64,000 bases of DNA from Thermoproteota archaeon. GTDB lineage: Archaea > Korarchaeota > Korarchaeia > Korarchaeales > Korarchaeaceae. The notes beneath the pieces were generated by a model. It was not told where the DNA came from, ran no database searches, and saw only the letters and a program-made list of their open reading frames with translations. The stretch covers positions 256,001 to 320,000 of the forward strand of contig JALSOH010000004.1 in the NCBI GenBank assembly GCA_026986575.1, given 5' to 3'. How positions within the stretch are numbered: the stretch's first letter is position 1; every line of letters starts with the position of its first letter. This document shows positions 1 to 9,848 of the stretch, piece after piece. The translations under genes were made by a program, and so were the position numbers.

Positions 1-231
1 CGAGCCGGTGAACTTGACCATGGCGTTGGAATCCAGCCCCTCAGTGTCGCCCAGCACCTGTATGACGACCTTATCCCTGCCGGCCTCCAGCACCTGACCG
101 AACCATTCTCTGCCGTCCTCGGAGTAAATCCTGACCACTTCCTCGTAAGCAGCCCCGGGAACGCCCCTCATTATGACGAGGGGCCCCTTCACCTGATCAA
201 TCCCCTTGTAAGTCAGACCATACACGGACAT
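1..231 (-). CDS. atpB: A/V-type ATP synthase subunit B, 5' part (runs off window)
   Basis: Hand translation from ATG at 231: MSVYGLTYKGIDQVKGPLVIMRGVPGAAYEEVV...GQVLE...VVIQV; directly follows atpA. Confidence 0.9.
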   Translation of the reverse strand, partial: MSVYGLTYKGIDQVKGPLVIMRGVPGAAYEEVVRIYSEDGREWFGQVLEAGRDKVVIQVLGDTEGLDSNAMVKFTGS

Positions 232-232
232 C

Positions 233-2020
233 TCATCTCACCTCCGCGAGAAGGGAGGATATCTCAGCCTCAAGTTGCGCTATAGCCTCCTTGACAGCGT
301 TCTCGAATTCCTCCTCGGGCACGAACTTGAGCCTCCTGAGGAGACCCAGTGATCTCATCTCGGCTATCCTAGATACGGGGACTCCTGCATCTATCATGGG
401 TCTGGCTCTATCGTAGAACTCCAGCAGCGTCTTCAGGAGGAGGGCCTGCTTCTTCGGGGAGCAATAGGTATCTACCTCGTGGTAGGCGTTCTGCACCAAG
501 AACCCCTCCTTGATGAGCTCAGCAGACAGGAGGACGAGCCTGTTCTCATCGGAGAGAGCCGCCTCCCCCACTACTCTGGCCACTTCCTCCAGACTGGAGG
601 CCCTCTGCAGAAGGGCCATGGCCTTATCCCTGTAAGCCATCATGTCATGTCCGGTGTTCTTGATCCACCACTCCTTCAATCCACCGGTATACTTTGAGAA
701 GCTCCTCAGCCAGTTTATGGACGGGAAGTGCCTCTTGAACGCCAAGTCCTTGTCTAGAGCCCAGAAGGCGCCCACGTATCTCATAGTGTGTTGAGTGACG
801 GGCTCGTTGAGGTCCCCTCCGGAGGGACTCACGGCCCCTATAACAGCGACGGACCCTAATTCGTCCCTCCTACCTTGGACCTTAATCCTACCAGCCCTCT
901 CGTAGAACGAGGCTATGTAGTCAGGTAGATAGGCTGGATATCCCCTCTCAGATGGTATCTCCTCAAGCCTAGAGCTGAGCTCTCTCAGCGCCTCGGCCCA
1001 TCTGGAGGTAGAATCTGCCGTAAGGACTACATGAAGCCCCATGTCTCTGTAATACTCAGCGTAAGTGATTCCCATGAAGATGCTGGCTTCTCTAGCGGGG
1101 ACGGGCATGTTGCTGGTGTTGGCTATAAGGACGCTCCTCTCGAGCAGGGGTCTCCCGCTCTTGGGGTCTACCAGCTTCGGGAAGGTGTGGAGCAAATCGG
1201 TCATCTCATTACCTCTCTCCCCGCAACCCACGTACACCACAACATCTGCATCTGCCCATTTCGAGATTTGATGGAGGGTAACCGTCTTACCGGTACCGAA
1301 GCCACCAGGCACGGCGGAAGTGCCTCCCTTAACTATGGGAAAGAAGGTGTCTATCACCCTCTGCCCGGTTACTAGAAGCTCCACGGGGGCTAGCTTCTCC
1401 CTGAAAGGTCTAGGTGTCCTGACAGGCCATTTATGATACATCTTAACCTCTTCCTTACCGCCTATGTGCTCCACCACGACTACAGGCTCCTCTATAGTAT
1501 AGTCCCCCTCAGGAAGGACCTCTATGACCCTGGCCTTCTCTATGGTCGGCGGGAGCATTATCTTATGAGTGACGGATCCCTCTGGGACGGTTCCTAGGAC
1601 ATCCCCAGCGACGACATCGTCTCCAGGCTTGACCAAGGGGGTCCACTGCCACTTCTTATCCCTAGGGAGGGTGGGCGCCTTAATTCCTCTGGTGATGAAT
1701 GGACCACCAGCTTTCTCGGCTATGACTTCTAAGGGCCTGCCCAGTCCATCGAGAACCTGTCCTAGTAGTCCCGGCCCTAATTCAGCTGAGAGAGGCTCCC
1801 CAGTCCTCTCGACAGGTTCACCCGCCTTCACTCCACCAGTAGGCTCGTAGACCTGTATTATCGCTTTGTCTCCTTCTATCCTGACTATTTCACCTATGAG
1901 TCTCTCCTCCCCGACGTAAACGACCTCCCTGATCTTGGCACCCCTCATTCCCTCGGCTTCTACTACGGGACCCTTTATGTGGACGATAACACCTTTACCC
2001 TCATAAACTAACTCGGACAA
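233..2020 (-). CDS. atpA: A/V-type ATP synthase subunit A
   Basis: Walker [40 protein letters not shown]. Confidence 0.98.
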   Translation of the reverse strand: MSELVYEGKGVIVHIKGPVVEAEGMRGAKIREVVYVGEERLIGEIVRIEGDKAIIQVYEPTGGVKAGEPVERTGEPLSAELGPGLLGQVLDGLGRPLEVIAEKAGGPFITRGIKAPTLPRDKKWQWTPLVKPGDDVVAGDVLGTVPEGSVTHKIMLPPTIEKARVIEVLPEGDYTIEEPVVVVEHIGGKEEVKMYHKWPVRTPRPFREKLAPVELLVTGQRVIDTFFPIVKGGTSAVPGGFGTGKTVTLHQISKWADADVVVYVGCGERGNEMTDLLHTFPKLVDPKSGRPLLERSVLIANTSNMPVPAREASIFMGITYAEYYRDMGLHVVLTADSTSRWAEALRELSSRLEEIPSERGYPAYLPDYIASFYERAGRIKVQGRRDELGSVAVIGAVSPSGGDLNEPVTQHTMRYVGAFWALDKDLAFKRHFPSINWLRSFSKYTGGLKEWWIKNTGHDMMAYRDKAMALLQRASSLEEVARVVGEAALSDENRLVLLSAELIKEGFLVQNAYHEVDTYCSPKKQALLLKTLLEFYDRARPMIDAGVPVSRIAEMRSLGLLRRLKFVPEEEFENAVKEAIAQLEAEISSLLAEVR

Positions 2021-2023
2021 GCT

Positions 2024-2692
2024 TTACACCCCCTCAAACAACTTACCTATTAGCTCTATTTCCTTGGCCTCTCTGTAGGCCCTCAGCCTACCATCGAAGG
2101 TGTTGTAGTACCTCCTCTCATCCCCGCTGTCCCTCACCACAACCCCTCCTATGACTGGAACCGTTCTCTTGTCAACGGAGGCCTTTATACCTTCCTTCTC
2201 CAACTTCTTAGCTACCTTTTCGAGCAGAGACCCATCCTTCTCTCTACCCATGAGGAATACCTCCTTCTCTCCTAGGATCTTCGCTCCCTCTAGTGAGTAT
2301 TTCGTCAGTATCTCCTCGTAGTTCCATCCCGGCTCTTGGCCATCGGCTGTAGCGGCTAGCTTCTCGTGCACTCTCCTGAAGAATTCCCTTAGCATCTCGG
2401 ATTTGGTCATGAGAACTATCTGATTAGCCTCTACCTCAGCAGCGCTTCTCTTCCTCGCAATTTCTTCCCTCATCTCCCTCTCTGCCCTTTCCCTCCTAGA
2501 TCTCAGTATCTCCTCCGCCTCTCTCCGAGCTGACTCAATGATCTCCTTAGCTCTCTTCTCGGCCTCCTTCCTGATGGCATTAGCCCGGTCCTCGGCCATC
2601 TTGAGGATAGCCCTGACGATGGCCTCGGAGTCCTTATCCACACTAACTACTTCCTCCCCACTCACCCTCGAGCACCTCCCTAACGACTTCAT
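2024..2692 (-). CDS. atpE: A/V-type ATP synthase subunit E (true start may be slightly downstream)
   Basis: Charged coiled-coil N-terminus, IGGVVV...YNTFDGRL C-terminal motif, operon position. Confidence 0.88.
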   Translation of the reverse strand: MKSLGRCSRVSGEEVVSVDKDSEAIVRAILKMAEDRANAIRKEAEKRAKEIIESARREAEEILRSRRERAEREMREEIARKRSAAEVEANQIVLMTKSEMLREFFRRVHEKLAATADGQEPGWNYEEILTKYSLEGAKILGEKEVFLMGREKDGSLLEKVAKKLEKEGIKASVDKRTVPVIGGVVVRDSGDERRYYNTFDGRLRAYREAKEIELIGKLFEGV

Positions 2693-2963
2693 CGACTAGG
2701 GAACTCATCCTCTCGGATGCAACCCTCTTTAGCTCCTCAGCTTTCACCTTAGCTCTATCAACAATCTCCTTAACTTCTCTCTCTATATCTTCCATTACAG
2801 CTACCTCTACTGGCGTGTTCTTGGCTTCCTCGACTATTTTCTTTGCCTCCTCCTCGGCCTCCTCAATTATCCTTTTGGCTTCCTCCTCTGCCTCCTGAAT
2901 AATCTTGGCAGCCTCCTTCTCGGCCTCCATAATTGCCTCAACTAATCTTGGCATTTCTCTCAC
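2643..2963 (-). CDS. A/V-type ATP synthase subunit H (G-like peripheral stalk)
   Basis: EAEKEAAKIIQEAEEEAKRII repeats, 106 aa, operon position. Confidence 0.8.
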   Translation of the reverse strand: MREMPRLVEAIMEAEKEAAKIIQEAEEEAKRIIEEAEEEAKKIVEEAKNTPVEVAVMEDIEREVKEIVDRAKVKAEELKRVASERMSSLVDEVVREVLEGEWGGSS

Positions 2964-2970
2964 CTCACGA

Positions 2971-3315
2971 TCAGAACTTCAGCTCCTCGCTACCTAAAGC
3001 CCTAGCCAGCAAGGATGCCAGCTCCTTCAACCTCACACCTCTTGCACCTTCCATGTCGGGCACCACTGCGAACACAGGGCTCACTTTACCCCTTCTGAGT
3101 AGATCTTCCCTGTAATCTCTGATCTCCTCAGCTACCCTCTCGTTGATGAATACCACATGTGGTAACTCACTCTCGTTGTCCCTGAAAAATCTTATCAGAT
3201 TCCTGCGACCCTTGATTACCTTCGCAGGCACTCCGATCATCTCGAATCCCAGAGCGAGCACTTCGTCGTCCGTCACAGCTATAGGGGAGCTGGCAATCCT
3301 CGTCCGTTCGCTCAC
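2971..3315 (-). CDS. atpF: A/V-type ATP synthase subunit F
   Basis: IAV..DE..ALGFEMIGV N-terminus, P.F..VPD, 114 aa. Confidence 0.85.
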   Translation of the reverse strand: MSERTRIASSPIAVTDDEVLALGFEMIGVPAKVIKGRRNLIRFFRDNESELPHVVFINERVAEEIRDYREDLLRRGKVSPVFAVVPDMEGARGVRLKELASLLARALGSEELKF

Positions 3316-3376
3316 CGAAGCACCCCATGCCCGAAAGTTGGAAAATTATAAAAAGCCATATAGCCCGCTTACCCTA

Positions 3377-3463
3377 GCGGGGGTGGCCGAGCTCGGACCA
3401 AGGCGGCGGACTTAAGATCCGCTGGGCGTCAGGCCCGCGTGGGTTCGAATCCCACCCCCCGCA
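3377..3463 (+). tRNA. tRNA-Leu(UAA)
   Basis: Acceptor GCGGGGG/CCCCCGC, anticodon arm GCGGA-CTTAAGA-TCCGC, long variable arm, GTTCGAATC T-loop. Confidence 0.96.
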
Positions 3464-3496
3464 CTAGGGCCCCGCCGCCTTTCACCCCTTCATGAG

Positions 3497-4078
3497 GTGA
3501 GCATCTGCTTGGGAGTGGAAAGGGAAGTCAAGCTGAAGATCCCCCATAGCGAATTTCTGAGCCTTTTGAGGAGGAAGAAGATTTCTTTCAAGATACTTGA
3601 AACTATAGAGCAGGAGGATTTCTATGTAGATACTCGCTCCTGTGACCTCCTCACCTCAGGAAGGGTATTGAGGGTGAGGGTCATGGGAAATCTCGTTAGA
3701 GTCACTTACAAGGGGGGAAGGAAAAGCGGAGGTATAGAGAAGGTTAGGGAGGAGATTGAAGGGGAATTAGGGGATGAGAAATGCGGGAAAGCCCTATCTA
3801 AAGCAGGAATAAATGTAAATTGCCCGTCCGAACTCGACGAGCTGATGGACCTGCTCTCCAATGAAGGTTATGAGGTGAAGATCGTTGTGTGGAAGAGAAG
3901 GACGCCTGTCCTTTTGGATGGATTCGATGTAGAAGTCACACTGGATTACGTGAGAGATTTGGGAGAGTTCGTGGAGGTGGAGGGAGACGACGCAATGGAT
4001 TTAGTGCGACTACTCGGCGTAGCATGCAGAGCAGTTATACCCAGCTACGCTGATCTAATCCACGCCCTTAAGCAGTGA
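3497..4078 (+). CDS. CYTH-domain protein (class IV adenylate cyclase/triphosphatase family)
   Basis: EREVK (ExExK), LRVR, TYKG, LGEFVEVE. Confidence 0.88.
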   Translation: MSICLGVEREVKLKIPHSEFLSLLRRKKISFKILETIEQEDFYVDTRSCDLLTSGRVLRVRVMGNLVRVTYKGGRKSGGIEKVREEIEGELGDEKCGKALSKAGINVNCPSELDELMDLLSNEGYEVKIVVWKRRTPVLLDGFDVEVTLDYVRDLGEFVEVEGDDAMDLVRLLGVACRAVIPSYADLIHALKQ

Positions 4079-5389
4079 TTTAACGCCTGATTTCTCAAGC
4101 AAATCCAGAGAGGCCCTCTCTGCCTCAGCAAAGATATCCTCCTCGTCCCTCCTGGTAAATTTGCCGTCTTCTAAGATCACCTCGCCATCTATAAAGACAT
4201 ACCTCACATCTGTGGATCTAGCGGAGTAGACCAGATGGGACACTACGGAGTGAAGAGGTACCCACCAAGGTACTTTGACGTTCAGAAGAACAACATCTCC
4301 CCTGTATCCCCTACGGATCCTACCGATCTTCCATCGGAGGAAATCTCCGGGTATTTTAGTGGCCATGTCCAGCGCCATTTGAGCCGGAATTGCCTTAGGA
4401 TCCCTTTTCGAGACCTTGTGAATGAGAGCGGTCACCTTCATGGTCTCAAACATATCTAGGGTGTTGTTGCTGGCCGGTCCGTCGGTACCAAGGGAAACCC
4501 TAGCCCCCCTCTCCACTAGATCTGGGACCGGGGAGATCCCTGAGGCCAGCTTAAGATTGCTCACTGGATTGTGAGATACTAAGGTGGATGTCTCCCTAAG
4601 GAGAGCGATCTCCCTCTGGCTAGGCCAAACTACGTGCGCAGCGACAGTTCTATCACCCAATATACCGTATTCATGGGCCAGCTCTATCACCCCCTTCCCG
4701 TACCTCTCTTTGATATCAGACACCTCCTTCTCGGTCTCCGCTAGGTGAATCTGGATGATGGACCTATTCTCCCTCGCCTTCTCTGAAATTTCCCTCATCC
4801 TCTCCGGAGAGACCGTGTAGGGAGCGTGAGGACCATAACCCGGCTCGATCAATGGGTGATCATGCCACTTCTGAACGAATCGTTCCGCCAAAACCATACA
4901 CTCGTCTACATTCTTGCATTCCGGCGTTCCAAAGTCTATTATCGCCTCGCTCAACACACCCCTCATCCCCAGATCGCTTAGGACCTCAGCTACAATGTCC
5001 TCAAAGAAGTACATATCGAAGATCGTCGTGGTACCAGTTCGCACCGCCTCTAGCACTCCCAGAGCTGTTCCGGCCCTTATGTGATCCGGTCTTAGATGAG
5101 ATTCCATGGGCCAGATCTTCTCCTGCAACCACGGGAATAGGTCCATGTCATCGGCCACTCCCCTCAGAAGGGTCATCGGTATGTGGGAGTGTGTGTTAAT
5201 CAACCCGGGAATTGCCACCATGCCGCTCCCATCAATCACCTCATCGACAGGCCCCTTCACATCACCCACATCCTCGATCGCTCCGTCCTTTATCAGGATG
5301 CTTGCTCCCTTCAGGATCCTCCTCCCATCGTCCTGAGTGATCACATACTCCAGCCCCTTGATGAGCACTTCCAAGGAAATCCCCCTCAC
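4055..5389 (-). CDS. mtaD: Amidohydrolase, MTA/SAH deaminase family
   Basis: PGLINTHSH, PHAPY, IHLAET, HNPVSNLKL, LGTDG. Confidence 0.8.
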   Translation of the reverse strand: MRGISLEVLIKGLEYVITQDDGRRILKGASILIKDGAIEDVGDVKGPVDEVIDGSGMVAIPGLINTHSHIPMTLLRGVADDMDLFPWLQEKIWPMESHLRPDHIRAGTALGVLEAVRTGTTTIFDMYFFEDIVAEVLSDLGMRGVLSEAIIDFGTPECKNVDECMVLAERFVQKWHDHPLIEPGYGPHAPYTVSPERMREISEKARENRSIIQIHLAETEKEVSDIKERYGKGVIELAHEYGILGDRTVAAHVVWPSQREIALLRETSTLVSHNPVSNLKLASGISPVPDLVERGARVSLGTDGPASNNTLDMFETMKVTALIHKVSKRDPKAIPAQMALDMATKIPGDFLRWKIGRIRRGYRGDVVLLNVKVPWWVPLHSVVSHLVYSARSTDVRYVFIDGEVILEDGKFTRRDEEDIFAEAERASLDLLEKSGVKSLLKGVD

Positions 5390-5442
5390 CAGCAGCCGGA
5401 TAAATTAAATAGACGTTACTGGATTCCAGCTCGGTATCTCAA

Positions 5443-7074
5443 ATGAAGTGGAAGGTCCTTGTCCTATTGACGATTGTTCTGACGTTTCCTGCAGTGATCC
5501 CCTCGACTCAGCAGGAGGGGAGTGGGCATTACACCTACATATACACGGTAAAGGAGAGCGGCTGGATAGACATAGTGACTCGGTTCAACTCGACAGTAGA
5601 GGGAAGTACCTGGGTCCTTGTGCCGAAGTTCAGGGACTACAACTTCACGGTCCTCTCAGGGTCCATTAAGGATAAGAAGCTAATAAGAGACACATCCTAC
5701 TACTTCTACTCGAACCTCACGTTCTCATATACACCAGGAACTAGTGTGGAGATCTCTTGGAGTTACAGATTCGGCGCTCTCATCGTAGAACCCAACGGAG
5801 CGTTCTTCTCCACGCAGATAGCCTTCTCTCGGGGAGATGATGCGACCATACTGGTGAAACTTCCAACAGGCTTCATTCCTCAGGGGATCGAGCCGAAGGG
5901 ATACGAGCTTCGGAGAGAGGGAGACTACAATGTGGTGGAGTACGATGTGGATGGGAGCAAGAACAACACGATGAGGGTCCTCATATCGTTCAAGGTGAAG
6001 AATGGTCAGGAGTTCAGGAAAAGGGAGGTCGGCAAGCTCACTATAAGCTACCCGCCCAGATACGAGGACGTTGTCGACAATATAACCAAGTACTACGAGG
6101 CCACTCTACCCTTAATAGAGGAGTACACATCTGTTAAAGAGGAGATACCTGTCAAAGTCAAGTTGTTCGTGCCGGGGACCATGGAGGAGATAACAACCCT
6201 AGGATACACGGGACCTAGGTTCACTTCTGATGTGATAACTCAAGGAGAGATAAACCTGAACATGATGCTGGTCAGGATGCCCGATTACGAGCTGCCGAAC
6301 ACCTTCGTACACGAACTCCTCCACCAGTACATGCAGGCAGCAGGACTCAGTGTGGACCTGAGGTGGGCTCACGAAGGTTTGGCCCAATATTTAAGCTCTG
6401 TGATAGTTGAGAAGGCGCTTAAATTCCACGTTCCCTACGATAAGGAAGCTGAAAGAGCCGTGATGATGCAAACCGGTGGAGACCTCAGTTTCATCTTAGG
6501 ATGGAAGGGCGGAGGCCTCCCGGGCAATCCCGGTCTATACTACGCGGCTAGTGAGGTCCTGATAAGGAGGCTGGCGAACAAGTACGGAGGACCCGACCTC
6601 TACAAGAGGTTCTTCCAGCTTATCAGGAGAGACAGGGTCATCGTCAAGGAGCCAGGGGACTTCGTCAGGTACCTCAGCGAGGCAGCTGGTCAGGACATCT
6701 CCGACTTTCTCAAGTCATTCGGCATAGACGTAGAATCGATAGATGAGACGACCCTAGCTCTAGTGAGAACAGCTAGGGAGTATGCGGAGGCCACCTCGTG
6801 GTTCAACCCATTTTCAAAGGAGGCGCTCGAGGTTCTGAGCGAGAGCAGGACTAAGGAGGCGGCCATACAGGCAATGGCAATAGTGGCGCTTGGACTTGTC
6901 ACCGAGGCCTTAATCGCCGCGGTGGTAATTTCAGGCGTCGCATTCCTTCTAAGAGGCAGGAACATTCCTTATGAACATGGATCAATCACAAACGAAAGGG
7001 AAGGGGACGGAGAGGATCTCAGAATACCCTCTCCGACTTCTCAAGATGAAGCAGGAAGTTCCACTTCTCCATGA
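5443..7074 (+). CDS. Secreted, membrane-anchored gluzincin metallopeptidase
   Basis: Signal peptide, HELLH plus WAHEGLAQY third ligand, C-terminal TM helix. Confidence 0.8.
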   Translation: MKWKVLVLLTIVLTFPAVIPSTQQEGSGHYTYIYTVKESGWIDIVTRFNSTVEGSTWVLVPKFRDYNFTVLSGSIKDKKLIRDTSYYFYSNLTFSYTPGTSVEISWSYRFGALIVEPNGAFFSTQIAFSRGDDATILVKLPTGFIPQGIEPKGYELRREGDYNVVEYDVDGSKNNTMRVLISFKVKNGQEFRKREVGKLTISYPPRYEDVVDNITKYYEATLPLIEEYTSVKEEIPVKVKLFVPGTMEEITTLGYTGPRFTSDVITQGEINLNMMLVRMPDYELPNTFVHELLHQYMQAAGLSVDLRWAHEGLAQYLSSVIVEKALKFHVPYDKEAERAVMMQTGGDLSFILGWKGGGLPGNPGLYYAASEVLIRRLANKYGGPDLYKRFFQLIRRDRVIVKEPGDFVRYLSEAAGQDISDFLKSFGIDVESIDETTLALVRTAREYAEATSWFNPFSKEALEVLSESRTKEAAIQAMAIVALGLVTEALIAAVVISGVAFLLRGRNIPYEHGSITNEREGDGEDLRIPSPTSQDEAGSSTSP

Positions 7075-7906
7075 CTATTTTCTCCAACTCCTCAATTTCC
7101 TCATCACTTAACCCCCTGAATCTGTCCTGAAGCTCCAAGAACTCCTTAAGGGGTCTCTTCCTCGGTTTCACCGTTATCCTCAATTTCCCATTCTCTATCT
7201 CGTACAGAGGCCAGAAGTATGTATCTACCGCGAGCTTGGCCACTTCAGCGGTTTTACTTACTGGGGAATTCCAGCCAGGCGGACAGGTCGAGAATATGTG
7301 TATGTACCTGAATCCCTTTATTCTCTTGGCCTTCTCGAACTTGTTCGCTAGATCAAAGGGATATCCAACGCTGGCGGTAGCTACATAAGGAACTCTATGC
7401 GCCGCCACTATCATGGGCATGTCCTTAGGCATCTCCCTCTTACCAGTCGGAGTGGTCTTGGTCCAAGCCATGAGAGGTGTGGCGCCTGACCTCTGAATAC
7501 CCGTGTTCATATATGCTTCATTATCGTAACATACGTAGATTATGTCCTCTCCCCTCTCCGCGGCCCCTGATAGGGCCTGTATGCCTATGTCAACGGTTCC
7601 TCCGTCCCCTGCCCAGACGACAACGTTCACATTTCTCCCAATCATCTTATAAGCCCTGTACACCCCAGATGCCGTGGCAGCAGCTGCTGGGAATGCTATA
7701 TTGTAGAGAGGTGCCGAGATGGCGCTCTTGGGGAACGGTGACTGAATGACACTGAAGCATGAGGCAGGGACCACGTATATGGTGTTTGGTCCCAGCACCC
7801 TGGAAGCTATCCTGAACGCTAGAGTCGCTCCGCAGCCGGGACATGCTGCAGATCCCGGAAGATAGGAACCAGATTCCTTCCTCAGATCGTGTATGGTCAA
7901 TGTCAT
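7019..7906 (-). CDS. porB: Pyruvate/2-ketoisovalerate:ferredoxin oxidoreductase beta subunit
   Basis: ACPGCG, GDGGTVDIG, YDNEAYMNTGIQRS. Confidence 0.92.
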   Translation of the reverse strand: MTLTIHDLRKESGSYLPGSAACPGCGATLAFRIASRVLGPNTIYVVPASCFSVIQSPFPKSAISAPLYNIAFPAAAATASGVYRAYKMIGRNVNVVVWAGDGGTVDIGIQALSGAAERGEDIIYVCYDNEAYMNTGIQRSGATPLMAWTKTTPTGKREMPKDMPMIVAAHRVPYVATASVGYPFDLANKFEKAKRIKGFRYIHIFSTCPPGWNSPVSKTAEVAKLAVDTYFWPLYEIENGKLRITVKPRKRPLKEFLELQDRFRGLSDEEIEELEKIVMEKWNFLLHLEKSERVF

Positions 7907-9132
7907 AACCTCACCTCCTCCGAGAGCTCTATCTTCTCATACTCTGGCTTGAGCTTGTACCAGTAGTAGGGTCTCCCTAGCCGATCGGAAGTTATCCTCC
8001 CAATCCCATCTTTGGTCATCTTAACTATGTCCTCATACGTTACGTCCCTGCCTCCTAAACCCGTAACGTAGTTGACTATGGGAGGACTGCCAGATCTGTT
8101 GTAAAGCGAAGATCGTACCTCTATCCCAATGGGACCGCCAGAGCTGAAGGCAATGCTCCTGTCTATGATGATCGCTCCCTTCCTGTCCTGCAGAACCTCA
8201 GCCATGTCCCTATGGGGAAACGGCCTAAACGCTCTCACCTTCAAGAGGCCGACCTTCATTCCCTCCTCCCTGAGCTCGTCCACCGCAACCTCGGCCTCAG
8301 AGGCCATGGTACCGGCCGTTACTATGATGTAGTCGGCGTCCTCCACTTTGTACTTCCAAGTGGCCCCTCCATGGTACCTGCCGAACTTCTGGAAGAACTC
8401 CTCAGCGACATCCTCGATGAGGTCGAGAGCCCTCCTCATCGAGAGGTCCATGGACCACCTCATCTCCTGATACTCATCTGGAAGCGCCAGATTGCCGAAT
8501 GTTATAGGATTCTCAGGATCTAGCTTCCAGTGAGGTGGGCTGTACTCTGGGAGGAACTCATCGACATCCTCCTGCCTCGGGACATTGACGGGCATGTAGG
8601 TGTGACTGAGCACGAATCCGTCCAAACACACCATGAACGGCAGGAGGACATCGGGGTGTTCAGCCACCTTGTACATCATGAGTATTGTATCCAACACTTC
8701 CTGATTTGATGATATGTAGACTTGGAGCCAGCCAGTATCCCTCTGGGACATGGCGTCTTGGTGATCGACATGAATGTTCCAAGGGGGGCCCACCGCCCTG
8801 TTGACGACGGCCATACCTATCGGCAGCCTAGAGCCAGCCGCCCAGTGGAGAACCTCCGACATCAGCAGCAATCCTTGACTGGCGGTGGCCGTGAAGGCCC
8901 TCACCCCGGCTGCTGACGCCCCTATAGCAGCGGCCATGGCACTGTGCTCGCTCTCAACCCTTATATACTCGGCATCCATGTGGCCTGACTCTATGAACGA
9001 AGCTATGTACTCCACTATGGTCGTCTGAGGGGTAATAGGATACGCTGGAACGACCTTAACACGAGCAAGCTTAGCTGCTATGGCTGCGGCATGATTACCA
9101 GTTATTATCTCCCAAGTTCCCTCGACCGCCAT
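7903..9132 (-). CDS. porA: Pyruvate/2-ketoisovalerate:ferredoxin oxidoreductase alpha subunit
   Basis: AYPITPQT, VESEHSA, TATASQGL, DGFVLSH. Confidence 0.93.
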   Translation of the reverse strand: MAVEGTWEIITGNHAAAIAAKLARVKVVPAYPITPQTTIVEYIASFIESGHMDAEYIRVESEHSAMAAAIGASAAGVRAFTATASQGLLLMSEVLHWAAGSRLPIGMAVVNRAVGPPWNIHVDHQDAMSQRDTGWLQVYISSNQEVLDTILMMYKVAEHPDVLLPFMVCLDGFVLSHTYMPVNVPRQEDVDEFLPEYSPPHWKLDPENPITFGNLALPDEYQEMRWSMDLSMRRALDLIEDVAEEFFQKFGRYHGGATWKYKVEDADYIIVTAGTMASEAEVAVDELREEGMKVGLLKVRAFRPFPHRDMAEVLQDRKGAIIIDRSIAFSSGGPIGIEVRSSLYNRSGSPPIVNYVTGLGGRDVTYEDIVKMTKDGIGRITSDRLGRPYYWYKLKPEYEKIELSEEVRL

Positions 9133-9133
9133 A

Positions 9134-9403
9134 TCACTCCTCCTCCTTGGTCATTTGTATGGCCTTCGTGGGGCATACGTCAGCGCAGACACCGCATCCC
9201 TTGCAGAATGTATAATCTATCTGCGGGAACCCGTTGGGTCCCTCGGTTATCACATCCTCAGGACAGTAAAGCCAGCACAGCCAGCACTTTATGCACTTAT
9301 CCTCATCAACTACGGGCTTCTCGACCCTCCAAAGACCAGTTTTACCAGCCGATCCTTTAGACGGCTTAGATACTGGGATGATAATCGGGACACCTAGGCC
9401 CAT
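9134..9403 (-). CDS. porD: 2-oxoacid:ferredoxin oxidoreductase delta subunit, 2x[4Fe-4S]
   Basis: GKTGLWR, CIKCWLCWLYCP, CKGCGVCADVCP. Confidence 0.92.
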   Translation of the reverse strand: MGLGVPIIIPVSKPSKGSAGKTGLWRVEKPVVDEDKCIKCWLCWLYCPEDVITEGPNGFPQIDYTFCKGCGVCADVCPTKAIQMTKEEE

Positions 9404-9468
9404 CTAACAGGCACCAAGGACTCTTACAAGAAAACCTCTATAAACATTGTTAAGCATAGATCGGTCGG

Positions 9469-9507
9469 AAAAAGCCCCTCCTAAAATAAGGAATTTGTAG
9501 GGGCTCA
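9469..9507 (-). terminator. Putative hairpin plus oligo-T terminator after the 9505-9777 ORF
   Basis: Minus strand AGCCCCT...AGGGGCT stem followed by a T-run. Confidence 0.4.
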
Positions 9508-9777
9508 GTAAGCCCCCGCACCGGCTCTAGCAGGCCTCCTCTCGACGGCCTCCTCCTTTACTATGAGCCTCTTGCCCTCGAACTCGAGCTCAAGGGTCTC
9601 CCCAGCAAGAGCACCAGGCTTCACGCTCACCTCAATGGGCTGCTCGTCTCTCATGGGGTAAAAGATCTTCCAGACGTTGGCCTTGAGTCCAGGCCTCTTC
9701 TCCTCAAGGAATTCAAGTATCCGGTCCGTCATGGGAACTCCAACCCTTCTCGTTACCATATTGCTCACCTCTCGCAC
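9505..9777 (-). CDS. Small hypothetical protein (likely start ATG 9759 after GAGGTGA)
   Basis: SD site, upstream TTTTTAAA box, host-like codon usage; family not recognised. Confidence 0.7.
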   Translation of the reverse strand: MREVSNMVTRRVGVPMTDRILEFLEEKRPGLKANVWKIFYPMRDEQPIEVSVKPGALAGETLELEFEGKRLIVKEEAVERRPARAGAGAY

Positions 9778-9848
9778 TGCCCGTTATGGGGCCAGTCTAC
9801 TCCCTCGTGCTACTGTCCATTTAAAAATATAATCTCTGGAAAGGTCGC

